Positions 13,160-26,437 of a stretch of 64,000 nucleotides of DNA are shown here, piece by piece; position 1 is the stretch's first letter, and each line of letters starts with the position of its first letter. The translations under genes and the position numbers were made by a program. A model generated the notes under the pieces. It saw nothing but the letters and a program-made list of their open reading frames with translations, was not told where the DNA came from and searched no databases. Where the stretch lies: assembly GCA_964016885.1 (NCBI GenBank), contig OZ024740.1, forward strand, positions 198,090,001-198,154,000. Reading direction: 5' to 3'. The stretch is from Eledone cirrhosa (taxonomy: Eukaryota).

Positions 13160-13607
13160 TGGTGGCTGCCAACTCGTTTTCGAGTACGGCCACTACTTTA
13201 CATCCATGTAGGAGAACCACTACCGATGCGCTGAACATGTGTGATTTTTTAGTCCAGCCAGCGACTTGAAAACTCTGGTACAAACACTACACTTGTGACA
13301 ATTACTGACACATAGTGCTGGGCCTATGGTACCATGTGATGACAAGTGCAGAGAGATCTCCAGATATAAAGCAAAGCCTGTGCTGTGAAGCTTTTATAGT
13401 GAGCAAAGGCACTGCACAAAGCCAGTCCGACTCTCTTAAACAAGATGATATTTACCAAAAAGAAGAACAAGTCAACATCATTGGATACCATCAGAGTTGC
13501 ATGTGTTATATCAGAGTTTTCCTTCTCCTAGAATTCTGCCTTGACAAAGGCTAAGGGGTCATCTCTCCCGGTGATTTTGGATGGCCATTGACTCTTAAGA
13601 GCTCCTT
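13160..13607 (-). mobile_element. Family X RTE-derived element
   Basis: Reverse complement of 9575-10022; (ACAT)n tail at 13146-13160. Confidence 0.8.
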
Positions 13608-13614
13608 AGGTCTT

Positions 13615-13701
<87 letters not shown>

Positions 13702-13856
13702 ATATGAACACAGGATATATATATATATATGTATGCAGATCACGAGCCAACCAACAACACGAGCCGGCTACTTCAGAAACATTTGTAACCAGGATTGAGC
13801 AATAAATCTCCTATGTAAAAGCTCATCTTTGTTCTTATATACATACATTATATATG

Positions 13857-13957
13857 CCGAGGTTAACTTTGCCTTTCATCCTTACGGGTTCGATAAAATA
13901 AAGTACCAGTAATGCACTGGGTAATTGCTAGCCTTGTGCCAAAAGTAGAAACAATTA
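13857..13957 (+). mobile_element. 5'-truncated SINE
   Basis: gccgaggttaactttgcctttcatccttacggg...gtagaaacaatt. Confidence 0.85.
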
Positions 13958-13984
13958 TATATACACATTATATGTATATATATA

Positions 13985-15524
13985 GACTACCCTTCCAAAC
14001 ACCCTAACAATAGCCTACCTGTATTAGACACAGAACTCTGGATTAACACTATAGACGAGAGAGCCCAAATTCTCCACTCACACTATGCTAAACCCATGGC
14101 CTCCAAATACCTGATACTCAAAAACTCAGCAATGTCCAGTAGTGCTAAGTTTAATATTCTGATCGCAGATTTGGTACGAGTGATGAATAATGTGTCCCGC
14201 ATGTGTGACCCAACAGAAATGGAAAGACACATCCCACACTACATCAACCGCATGCAGTTCTCTGACTACAACCAAAGAGACAAAGCCAGAGTATACGAAG
14301 GAGCCATGGAGAAGTATAAGACGCTCATAGAACTGGACATGAAAGGAATTTGCCCATTATACAGGAGCAAATCCTGGAATAGCTTAGATAGGGCTAGACA
14401 TAAGATAGGGAAAGCCACCTCATGGTACGACAACCAGTGATACCAGAGTGTCATGTTTGTGGATGCTACCCCTGGAGGGAAATTAGCTAACGAGTGTAGA
14501 AATGCCCTGAGAAAGACCCACTTAAAGATTAAGGTGGTAGAAAAGCCAGGAACCACCATAAAACCCCTGATCAGCAAAACCTACCCTTTTAAGAAAACCC
14601 ACTGTACTAATAGGAAGTGTATCATATGTAAGGTAAACCCCCGGATAAACTGTAAAACTAGAAACGTAGTCTATAGCATAAGATGTACAGAGGGTACTTG
14701 CAGAAACATGACAACAACATACATAGGCGAAACAGCTCGTAGCATAGGTGAAAGGATAGACCAACACTGGGGGGGGGGGAACTAAAAGGACGAAAACACG
14801 GGTCAGTACTATACGAACATGCCAGACAACAACACGACGGTAACATAGACAACATAGAAATTAGAATAATATCTAAACATAGAAATGACCCAGCAGATAG
14901 GCAAATCAGAGAGGCCAGTTAAATAGAACTTAGAAGGCCAAGACTAAACAGAAAGAATGAATGGAATAACAACAACACCCAAACAAACAACCCTGACCTA
15001 AGAGAAGTATAAATAAATAGATAAATAAATAAATAAATAGATACATACACAAGCACAATAACAACAAACACATATAAACACACACTAGTAAACATAGAAC
15101 ACATTAACCAATACACAGTCACCCAATCACGAACACACATCAAACAAAACACTATACACACACGCAAACGCATGCGCAAAGAAGACAAAATAAAATAAAC
15201 AAACAAACAAATAAATAAATAAATATATAAACAGACTAAATAAAGATGGCGTAGAAAGACAATGCAACGGGAGGAATCTATAGCACCACTGACGATGTTG
15301 CAGATGTGCAACGAAAGAAGTTTGATAAACTATATATATGTGTTTGTGTCTATATTGTATCTGTATTTTTGACCGTTGGTCAGTCAATGGCAACATTGAG
15401 GACCGCATAAATTTGATTACCGATATAAAAGACACAGAAGTGAAAAGCGAAAACCAACCAAACAGTGAGTGTGTTCTGTTATTAATTCTGGCAATATTAC
15501 ACAAATATGACCCTCCCCAAGTAT

Positions 15525-15530
<6 letters not shown>
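13985..15530 (+). mobile_element. Penelope-like element, 5'-truncated (RT C-terminus + GIY-YIG endonuclease + 3' pLTR)
   Basis: LPVLDTEL, HYAKPMAS, MFVDATPGGKLA, C..C....C.TRNVVYSI.C...YIGETARSIGERIDQH (GIY-YIG), DRQIREA, LNRKNEW; flanked by (TA)n; decayed hammerhead near the 3' end. Confidence 0.9.
15279..15334 (+). ncRNA. Degenerate minimal type I hammerhead ribozyme in Penelope 3' region
   Basis: tatagcacca-CTGACGA-t-GTTGCA gatg TGCAAC-GAAA-gaag-TT-tgataaactata; stem II perfect, stems I and III decayed. Confidence 0.55.
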
Positions 15531-15589
<59 letters not shown>

Positions 15590-15595
<6 letters not shown>

Positions 15596-16620
15596 AATAA
15601 GGGCGCTGCGGAGTTGCAAATGGGTTACATATGAAAAAAGTTTGTCCTTCATCAGTGATCTTCCAACCATCATAGGCATTTCATCTCTTTAAAGACCATA
15701 TACCTCCGGTTGGTGCGAGCAACGGCTAAAAAAAGTCGTTGGGACACGTAAATAAAGGGGACGCGAGGGTAAACAAACAAAATGGTGAAGCAACAGAAAG
15801 TGAGGAAGAAAGAGACAAGTCCCAGATTTCTATGAATTTAAGTTCGGTGAAATCGTGAACGAGAAAATAAAGACCATCAAACCTGGTTGAAATGTGAGCA
15901 AGGAAGGAATTTCGCACAGGTCTAACGGAGGAAGAAGGGGTCTGGTCTGCGAATTCGGTAAACATAAGTTCTGTGAAATCGTAGACGAGAGAGAGAAAAA
16001 ATTCCGACCAGCTTGGCCGAGAGTGCGAGAGAAAAGAATTACTCACAGGTCAAACGGGAAGAAAGAGGAGGAGGAGAGGTAGTGACAGAGAATGAGTGAG
16101 TGAAGGGTGAGGAAGAGGCTAACAGAGAGAGAGAGACTGCTAGAAAGGGTAAAGATACATAGAACGAAAAAGACTGTAGCAGCAGAGGAAAAAATATGTG
16201 TAAATATGATAATAAGGGCGCTGCGGAGTTGCAAATGGGTTACATATGAAAAAGGTTTGTCCTTCATCAGTGATCTTCCAACCATCATAGGCATTTAATC
16301 GCTTTAAAGACCATATACCTCCGGTTAGACCTGTGCAAAATTCCTTCCTTGCTCACATTTCAACCAGGTTTGATGGTCTTTATTCTCTCGTTCACGATTT
16401 CACCGAACTTAAATTCATAGAAATCTGGGACTTGTCTCTTTCTTCCTCACTTTCTGTTGCTTCACCATTTTGTTTGTTTACCCTCGCGTCCCCTTTATTT
16501 ACGTGTCCCAACGACTTTTTTTAGCCGTTGCTCGCACCAACCGGAGGTATATGGTCTTTAAAGCGATGAAATGCCTATGATGGTTGGAAGATCACTAATG
16601 AAGGACAAACCTTTTTCATA
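15590..16620. repeat. (TA)n-flanked tandem + inverted repeat unit (Penelope pLTR-like, family A)
   Basis: 15591-15711 repeated directly at 16206-16326; 16324-16620 is the reverse complement of ~15630-15927. Confidence 0.85.
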
Positions 16621-17497
16621 TATATATATATATATACCAAAAAAGAGAAATAGGACGAAGGTAAATAGTTGCAAAAGAATTTAATCCACGTATTAACAAT
16701 TGTTTCATCAGAATTTCAGTCCATTATTGCTACACTATGTAATATGGCACTTAAAAGGGAATAACCGACAATACACCTTAAATGGACCAAACTCTCACAT
16801 GCTCCTCCATACCGGAGTGGGATGAAAACGTGCCCGTTGTGTAATAATGAGCTCTTCCATATTCTAAGCTCAAGCCACCAACTACTCAACAACAAAATTG
16901 AAAGGTCAATTTTTTGCCAGCATAAACTGAAAGCGAAATTCTCACACTTCAAACCTTCAACTAAATCTTAACACTACATCTCTTTCTACCCTAAATAACA
17001 ATTCCACACTCCTAAAAATAGACTATATATGAAATTTAATACTTTCATCCTTCATCTATTCTCTGGTATGCCTTTCGCCTGTCCACTACCAAATGCCACT
17101 TAAAATTATATCTTCCTTCTCTCTCCCTCTACTCATCACAACTTTTAGCACACAACCCCCCGCCCCCTCCCTTCTTGTAACTTAACTATATTCTATACAA
17201 ATCCTCTCACACCACCCTATCCCTTTCTCTTTCTCTCCCTACCTCCATCCCTTTTCTCTCTCTCTCTCTCCCTCTCTCCCTCTCTTTTGCCCCTCTCTCT
17301 CTCTGTTCCTCTATCTTACACTACTACCCCTTATTTCATTTCCTAAGGTCATTCCAACTTTGTATTTTGAAAATTTCTCTTTTTGGATTACACGCCTCGT
17401 TTGTTCGTGTTTCCACTACTGAATCCCTACCAACCTGTCGAGTCACCTTAACGTATGTTGAGAACTTTCATCACAACTTGTTCTACCAAGCTTTGGA

Positions 17498-18273
17498 ATA
17501 TATTCACCTAGCTTATGCTAAACAGAATAATTATGAAGCTTGTTTCATTCCCCTACGGTTAGCTATACTCTTTGTTGTTCTCCTGTCTCACTCGCTTTAC
17601 GCGTTTTAATTGTCCTAATAACTTATTTTAGTTATTATTGCACCGACGTGAGGTATATGATTTTTAATGCAATGAAATATCTATGATCGTCGGCAAATCA
17701 CTGATGGGGGACTCATTTTATTACATGTTATCCATGCGTTACCTGCAGTATTTTTCTCCATATTTTATTACATATATTTACCCAAACTGCGATTCTGTGT
17801 TTTTCTCTCTCTCTCTTACTGCTCCCCATTCTCCCTGTTTCTCCTACCTTCTTTTTCCCCCTCTGTCATGTCAGTTAACTCTTCCTCACACTTTCACTCA
17901 CTCACTGTTTCTCCTATCTTCATTTCATCCTGTACACCACGAAGGCTATTTTTCTCTCTTCCCACATGGCCATCGTTCGTGTAAGGTCTTTTTTCTAAAG
18001 CGCTCATATATTCACCTAGCTTATGCTAAACAGAATAATTATGAAGCTTGTTTCATTCCCCTACGGTTAGCTAAACTCTTTGTTGTTCTCCTGTCTCACT
18101 CGCTTTACGCGTTTTAATTGTCCTAATAACTTATTTTAGTTATTATTGCACCGACGTGAGGTATATGATTTTTAATGCAATGAAATATCTATGATCGTCG
18201 GCAAATCACTGATGAGGGACTCATTTTAACACATGTTATCCATGCGCTACCTGCAGTATTTTTCTCCATATTT

Positions 18274-18280
<7 letters not shown>
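17498..18280 (+). repeat. Tandem direct repeat (~275 bp x2), pLTR-like family B
   Basis: 17498-17770 and 18008-18280 near-identical, each preceded by a CT-rich tract and ending at (TA)n. Confidence 0.85.
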
Positions 18281-18354
<74 letters not shown>

Positions 18355-18390
18355 CAGTAATAATGAGTATTCCAAAGCTTGGTAGAGCAA

Positions 18391-18455
<65 letters not shown>

Positions 18456-18479
18456 AATTCATATATATATATATATAGA

Positions 18480-19571
18480 AAGTGACTTCCTTGTTCAATC
18501 ACCTTACAAGAAGGCTGACATTATTTATGGTGGATTGGCAGTATCGGTAGAGGGTCGGACACCATGCTTTCCAGCATAGTTACGTCCCTTTACGATCTGA
18601 GTTCAAATCCCGCCGAGGTTTACTTTGCCTTTCATCCTTACGGGGTCGATAAAATAAAGTACTAGTAATGCACTGGTAAATTGCTGGCCTTGTGCCTAAA
18701 GTAGAAACAATTATTTATGTAAGCGGACGGTACTTTATTTAGAAGCCGAAGAAACCCATATACTGGATTTTACCAACCTTCCAGGAGTCCGGGTAAATTT
18801 TCAATACCCGAATTACTTGATCGTTTTTTTTGGCTATGCGAATGATTGTTAAACCATCGTCTCAGTGTGTTTGGCCTTTAACGTTTGTTATAGCTCTGGA
18901 TCATCTGAATAATTGAGGACTTGCCGGCACATCTCGGAGGTTGTTTTTCGTTATTTCGTGGGCCGAAATGCGAATATCGATAATTTATGTTTGTATTATT
19001 CTCCAGACTCTAGCTATTGACCAGTTAATTTTCTTGATTTTCTAGTTGATTCTATTGGCTGATGAATAGCTTATGTTAATTTTAACCCTTCTGTAGAGAA
19101 CTCTATTCGATTTGTGATGTTTTTGTATTCTTGCAAAAATATACACAACTGAATTCATTCGCCTGATATAGGGGTTGCTTCCCTTGCCGATCCCCACGTG
19201 GGGTCAGCAATAGACAGTCCTTGTATTAACATTGAACTAAAACCTGTTGAGAAAATGGCTTCCTTGTTCAATCATCTTACCAGAAGCCTGACATTATTTA
19301 TGTAAGCGGACGGTACTTTATTTAGAAGCCGAAGAAACCCATATACTGGATTTTACCAACCTTCCTGGGGTCCGGGTAAATTTTCAATACCCGAATTACT
19401 TGATCGTTTTTTTTTGGCTATGCGAATGATTGTTTAACCATCGTCTCAGTGTGTTTGGCCTTTAACGTTTGTTATAGCTCTGGATCATCTGAATCATTGA
19501 GCACTTGCCGCACATCTCGGAGGTTGTTTTTCGTTATTTCGTGGGCCGAAATGCGAATCTCGATAATTTAT

Positions 19572-19575
<4 letters not shown>
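18480..19575. repeat. Tandem direct repeat unit between (TA)n tracts, possibly Penelope-derived
   Basis: 18486-18529 plus 18720-18992 repeated at 19259-19575. Confidence 0.7.
18530..18712 (+). mobile_element. tRNA-derived SINE with target-site duplication
   Basis: A/B boxes; TSD attatttatg at 18520-18529 and 18710-18719. Confidence 0.92.
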
Positions 19576-19605
<30 letters not shown>

Positions 19606-19659
19606 GGAAAAAATGAAACGAAATTTCATTTCTCACTCTTAGTACGGCTGTTACTTAAA

Positions 19660-20155
19660 TATAAGTATGTATACGTACATATATATATGTATACAGACGT
19701 ACAGTAGTATGTATATATATACATACATACACACATATATATATATATGTACGTATGGATTTACCGAACATTTATTATAATGCTCGGTGTGTTTGTAAAC
19801 AAACATCCCGAATTAACTCACTCGATATGCAAATTAGGCTGCTCAGCCGTTAATAGGCATAAGGAAAGTATATACTTTCAGACGTTCAATCATCTGGCAG
19901 GAAGGTATACAGTGCTGACGATAGCTAATAAGCTTGAAACTAGTAGAGCGTTCCTTTGTCAGTGTTGAACAAAAGGGCAACGATGGTTGCTGAACACTGT
20001 ACGGCTTAATTCGGGATGTTTGTTTACAAACAAACCGAGCATTATAATAAATGTTCGGTAAATCCATACGTACATATATATATATGTGTGTATGTATGTA
20101 TATATATATACATACTACTGTACGTCTGTATACATATATGTATGTACGTTACATA

Positions 20156-20160
<5 letters not shown>
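19660..20160. repeat. Inverted repeat (~155-bp arms) enclosing a hammerhead-like core
   Basis: 19660-19817 is the reverse complement of ~20007-20160. Confidence 0.85.
19908..19952 (+). ncRNA. Minimal type I hammerhead-like motif
   Basis: CTGACGA-tAGCT aata AGCTt-GAAAC-TA-GTA with palindromic ACTAGT stem III; stem I imperfect. Confidence 0.5.
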
Positions 20161-20197
<37 letters not shown>

Positions 20198-20378
20198 TAT
20201 ATATAACAAAGAGGGTGTGGACCATAACGCACCAGTGTACTCAATACTTAATAGAGCGGGTAATAAGGGAAGATTCAAGACTCCGTGTCTCACAAAAATT
20301 TATGCACACTTCAAAACAGCATTTTAATAAATATTGCCTGCATACAGGTAACACAAGTGTGTATATATTTTTCGGAAC

Positions 20379-20467
<89 letters not shown>

Positions 20468-21169
20468 CTTGTTAAACAATCCTAACCTTCCAGCTAGCTA
20501 CCCAATTCCTTAATTCCTTAATTCTATCGTATTCTCAAAACAAAACAAAATCCTTCCCTTCTGCTTCTTATAAATTCCTTTAAATATATATTATGCTACT
20601 TCGAAAGTCAAAAATCCCGCTTCTACACCCAGGCACCCTCCACCCTCCATCTACTTCGCGAGGGACTGCGGTCAGCCACCCCAATACCTACATCCATCCA
20701 TCTCTCTCTCTCCCCCCCCCCCCTCTCTCTCCCTCTTAGCTACATATATATATATATAAGATAAAAACTCCCCTTCATGTTTAATCACTTTCGCCAATTC
20801 ATTGCTGTTCCTACTACGATGTATCTCATGTAATCGTAACGTACACATTTTTCTATCTACTCCACGCTTCAATTTCGTACCTAGTCCAAACATCCAATCT
20901 TGCAAAATCCGAAATCTGTATTTTTTTGTTATTTATGTTAAATACGGGAGTTTTTGTCGTATTGAACAGAACAAATCTTGCATTTTTGTTTTTTGTTAAT
21001 CGCTTGTTAAACAATCCTAACCTTCCAGCTAGCTACCCAACACCTCTCCCACCCGCCCCCACACACCACCATTGTTAATACGTGGACCAATCATAAGCCA
21101 GAGCCCCCCCCCACGCATCACCATTATTATTATTACGCGGACCAATCATAAGCCAGAGGCCTATACTAT

Positions 21170-24100
21170 CGCTTGCCCGGTTGCCTTTCGATATATGATG
21201 GATGGATGGATGGACTGCGGAATCCTGGAGAGTGGAAGGGAGAGAAAAATCTGGACGCTCAGCGAAAATGCCAACGTTAAAGACAAATTCACCTCGTGGA
21301 CGAGAATGCGAGCGCTCCTCTTTGTTTCGTCCGCGGATGGCTAACATAACCCCATCTCCCCCCGCCCCCCACCGCCCCACCCTCCAAACGCAATCCAAAA
21401 CTTCAGAGTTGGTACCATAAATGTAGGCACCCTAAAGGGTCGCGCTAACGAGGTTGTAGAAATGCTTGAACGTAAGGAGGTCGATGTTTGTTGTATTCAA
21501 GAGACCAGGTGGAGGGGTGGGTCTGCTAGATTCATTGAGGGTAAAAAACGATGTTATAAGCTTTTCTGGGTGGGAAACGACGATGGGCTGGGTGGAGTAG
21601 GAATCATGGTAGCAGAAAAGTGGGCAGATAAGATAATAGACGTAAATAGAGTGAACGACAGAATAATTAAAATACGACTTGTCCTCAATAGAACTACGGT
21701 GACAGTAATATCTGCGTACGCACCCCAATCCGGACTGCCCGGCACTATAAAAGACAGATTATATGAGACACTGATGCTAACTACCTCCCAAATATCCGAC
21801 AGTGACTATATAATTATTGCAGGCGACCTAAATGGTCACGTTGGACAACATTGTGACGGCTACGACGAAATCCATGGAGGCTATGGGTTTGGTACTAGAA
21901 ATGAGGAAGGCTCCAGAATCCTGGAATTCTGTGATGCAAATAACCTAACTATCTGTAACACTAACTTCAAAAAACGTGACAATCACCTGATCACCTATAG
22001 ATCCGGGGAACACACAAGCCAGGTAGATTATATCCTTACCAGAAGACGTGACAGAGTGTCTGTTGTAAACACTAAATCCCTCCCCCATGAAGAATGCACC
22101 TCCCAACATAGACTGATAATTAGCGACCTCATAGTCAGGACGAGACGTACTCGACAGCAGAAGAGGACTATCCTCAGGAGAAAAATATGGAAGCTAAAGG
22201 ACCCCACAGCCAGAAATAAATTTCAAAGCATATTACTTGATGCTTTCGACAGTAAGGAAGAACATTTAGAGTCGGACAATATAGAGGGACAGTGGGAATT
22301 TCTGAAAGCAAACCTGCTGATGGCGACAGACGAAGTCTGTGGCTGGAGCAGGCCTGTAGGCAGGAGGAGAGTAACATGGTGGTGGAACAGTAAGGTGGAG
22401 GGGTCAATTAAGGCCAAAAAGCAGGCTTGGAAAGTATGGCGGGATGGGGGAAGTAGAGATGACTATCAAGTGGCCAGGAGGGAAGCTAGGAGACAAGTGT
22501 ACTTAGCAAGAAGGGAAGCAGAGGAAAGAAAGTTCAAGCATGTTCTACAACGCGAGGACCAAAAACGTGAGGTGTTCAGGATTGCTAGGCAATGCGTCAA
22601 GGAAAACCGTGATATTGTCGGGGAGAAGTGTGTACTTAACGATGATGGCACACTTTCCATCACCGACGCTGATAAGAAGGTAGCTTGGAAGTGTCACTAT
22701 GAAAGGCTACTAAATGAGGAGAATAAATGGGAGAAAGACAGTCTCACCCATATCGACCCAATAGAGGGACCAGCAGTGTTAGTCGAGGGGAGTATAATAA
22801 GTAAGGCAATCAAGGATATGAAGACGGGTAAGGCGGCTGGGCCTTCGGAAATAGTTGCTGAGATGCTGAAGGCATCTGGCACGGTGGGACACACCATGGT
22901 CACCCGCATAGTTAACCAAGTCGTACAGAATGGGGTTGTTCCGAAGGACTGGCATAGCAGCATCATCGTTAACTGTTATAAGGGTAAAGGAGACGCCCTA
23001 GATAGGAGTAACTATAGAGGCATTAAATTAATCGACCAGGTCATGAAGGTCACGGAAAAAGTAATAGCGCAACTAATCTGAGAGAGAATTGACCTAGATG
23101 AAATGCAGTTCGGGTTTGTGTCAGGCAAAAGTACCACAGACGCTCTTTTCATTGTACGACAACTACAGGAGAAGTACCTAGCTAAAGGTAAACCCCTATA
23201 CTTAGTTTTTGTCGACTTGGAGAAAGCCTTCGACAGAGTCCCCCGCTCCATTATCTGGTGGGCTCTTAGAAAACTAGGCGTTGACGAATGGCTTGTGAGG
23301 GCTATAAAAGCCATGTATAAAGAAACAGTCAGCAAGGTTAGAATTAACAACGAATATAGTGAAGAGTTTAGCGTAAAAGTTGGCCTCCATCAGGGCTCTG
23401 TTCTCAGCCCCCTACTATTTATTATTGCCCTTCAGGCTATAACAGAGGAGTTCAAGACCGGCTGCCCATGGGAACTCCTATACGCAGACGACCTGACACT
23501 CATAGCGGAATCAATGGCCGAGCTAGAGAAGAAATTCCAAACATGGAAGCACGGCCTACAATCAAAAGGACTTAAAATTAACCTGGTTAAGACTAAAGTT
23601 CTAGTTTGTAGGAAAGAAAACAAGGCGGCGGTCCCTTCTGGGAAATGGTCGTGCTCGGTGTGTAGGAAAGGCGTAGGCAGAAACTCCATTTTATGTCCTA
23701 AATGCAAAGTATGGGTGCATAAAAGATGTAGTGGGATCACAGGTAAGCTAACTAAGAACATAGATTTTACATGTGGCCGGTGCTCTGGTGCAATAAGTAG
23801 CAGCAAGTGCCCACAAAATACTAGCTCTTTCAATTGCGCAGAGGGTTCTATAGAAATAGTGGACAGCTTCCGTTACCTGGGCGGCGATAAAATCAGCAGT
23901 GGGGGAGGGTGCTCTGAAAGTACAGTAGCTAGAGTCAGAACTGGTTGGAAAAAGTTCAGAGAGCTTATACCACTATTAGCTGCTAAAGGGTTCTCCCTAA
24001 AAATGAAGGCAGGTTGTACGATGCCTGCATACGAACAGCAATGTTGCATGGCAGTGAGACCTGGGCATTGTGTGCAGAGGATATACGCAGACTAGTGAGG

Positions 24101-24828
24101 AACGAAGCTTGCATGCTCCGCTGGATGTGTAACAGTAATATACGTGAACGGCAAAGCATAAACGAACTATGGAAAAAATTAGAAATAAGAGGGATCAGAT
24201 GTTGTTTACTCGAGAGAAGGCTACGTTGATATGGACACGTGATGCGCATGAAAGTCGATAGCTGTATAACAAAGTGCAGGGCAATAAAGATAGACGGTAG
24301 CCACGGAATAGGCAGACCTAGAAAAACCTGGGACGAGCTGATAAACTCCGACCTCACACACTTACACCTCTCCAAGACAATGTCACTGGACCGAGACCTT
24401 TGGCGGTACTCAGTAACAGAGAAGACCCGCCTTACCTAAATACATAGTAAAACCTACTACAGCCAGTAGGCATCTCTAACAAAATGCACCCCCCCCCACC
24501 CCATCCACACCACCCCGTTCTACGTAAAGTTATGTTGGTGCCGCGCCATCCAGGCCGAAACAAATGAGATCGTGTAGGTGTCACGACAAAAAAACACACA
24601 GTCCACGCTGTAATGTGGCCGTGTAGGCAACACGGTAAAAACCTCCCAGACCCACACTGTAAATGTGGTTGGTGTTAGGAAGGGCATCCAACTGTAGAAA
24701 ACCTGCCAGACAGTCCTATGCGAGCAAGACAATCACTCTTGCCTCAAGTGGGACTACCCCCGTCCAAACCCATGCAAGCGTGGAACACGGACGTGAAACG
24801 TTGATGATGATGATGATGATGATGATGA
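21170..24828 (+). mobile_element. Near full-length RTE-clade LINE with (GAT)n tail
   Basis: Single APE-RT ORF, 3' UTR and tgatgatgat tail at 24802-24828. 5' boundary approximate. Confidence 0.92.
21410..24439 (+). pseudogene. RTE ORF (APE endonuclease + reverse transcriptase + internal PHD finger), disabled
   Basis: VGTINVGTL, CIQETRW, SAYAPQ, AGDLNGHVG, SQVDYIL, SQHRL (APE); SNYRGIKL, QFGF, FVDLEKAFDRV, GLHQGSVLSPLLF, LLYADD (RT); CSVC..C..C..WVHKRC...CGRC (PHD). In-frame TGA at 23079 and 24227; frameshift near 24005. Confidence 0.93.
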
Positions 24829-25528
24829 TATATATATAGTAATAATAATAAATTTGAAGACTAAAATCCAAAGAGGGATCGATATGGATAAATATATATA
24901 AAATATATAAGAACCGTAGAAGATCTCGTTAAGGGTGAAAGCAGCGATTCTTTGCTTAAACTTTAATTTGTTATTTGAATATATATATATATGCGTGTGT
25001 GTGCATGGGTATGTATATGTAGCTATAACACGAAAATATATTCATCTATTGAAAGACGTCATGAAGTGACAATTGCAGTTTCCCGCATTGATGAATACGA
25101 TGATCTTGTGAACGTTTTTGCTGTGAATGATGTTGATGTTGATGATGTTGATGATGATTGCGATTAGGTTTAGTATGTTGATGACAACCTATATGACGTG
25201 AATAGTTATTCTATATATGTAGCCCTGCAGTAATCAAAGTTTTGCTAGAGTTTATATGAAATTGAAGTTTCCGCTGTCATCGTGCTTCTTAATGGCATGT
25301 TACATATGCTGTCAATAACAGTCAGATTTATGAAACCAGCTCTCAGTAATAAATTAATAGAAATTACATTCATTAACATTGGTTTTATATTTGCTCTATA
25401 TATATTTTGGTTTCAAGATATGGAGAAACAAATTATACAGAAAATTCTCAAGGACCTTTTTTTTTCTAACAAATAAAAAGGAATATGTATGCATGCATAC
25501 ATATTTCTTTTTCTGCACACGCACAGCA

Positions 25529-25679
<151 letters not shown>

Positions 25680-25709
25680 CATTGCGTGTATAGTGTGTGC
25701 CTGTACATA

Positions 25710-25764
<55 letters not shown>

Positions 25765-25782
25765 ATGTATGTGCCTGTATCG

Positions 25783-25880
<98 letters not shown>

Positions 25881-26437
25881 ATATATATATATGTATGTGG
25901 GTATGCGCGTATGTCCGTGTACAAAAATATACACGCACACACTTATATGTGTATTCATAGCATATTAGAAAATGATTATCAGAGAATATAGAAAGGAAAT
26001 GTTGGTAAGTATAGATTTTAATCAATGGAATTTATTTTCATAAATAGAAGAGAAATGAAACGACAGGCTTTTCACACTGCAATTTAATCGAGATTTTATA
26101 TATATTATATATATATGTAATAGTTTCGTCGTATTTATTTGTTTATATAATAGAAATCGGGAAAAAAAATGTTGATTACTAGTAGCGATTCAGGAATTAT
26201 AGAATAATTGATGTGGATTTTTATCTAATAATTAGTCAGAAAGATAAGTGCAATTCCCACGATCAATTCTCAGGCCCTCTGAGTCTAATGATATAGAAAG
26301 CAGAAGCTATACGCATATCGCAGACCTGATCAGAATGCATGTAAGAAAATAGGTTCCAGTAACGTATCTATACCCATGTGAGAAACCAAATATTGATAAT
26401 AAAAAGACCAATTATATCCATCATCATATATATTTCT

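Noticed and set aside
16575-16606. SECIS or box C/D snoRNA reading of the ATGA...CTGATGA motif
   Set aside because: No conserved SECIS helix with a GA quartet across families; family C lacks the ATGA / box C equivalent.
21270-21350. HDV-like ribozyme at the RTE 5' end (ttc-acctcgt-gga, ggatggctaa)
   Set aside because: Could not assign consistent P1, P1.1 and P2; the segment folds more simply as one long hairpin (cgtggacgag/ttcgtccgcg).
23079-24229. In-frame TGA codons in the RTE ORF as possible selenocysteine or readthrough sites
   Set aside because: They fall at positions expected to be Arg (CGA) and Trp (TGG), and a frameshift is also present; ordinary decay.
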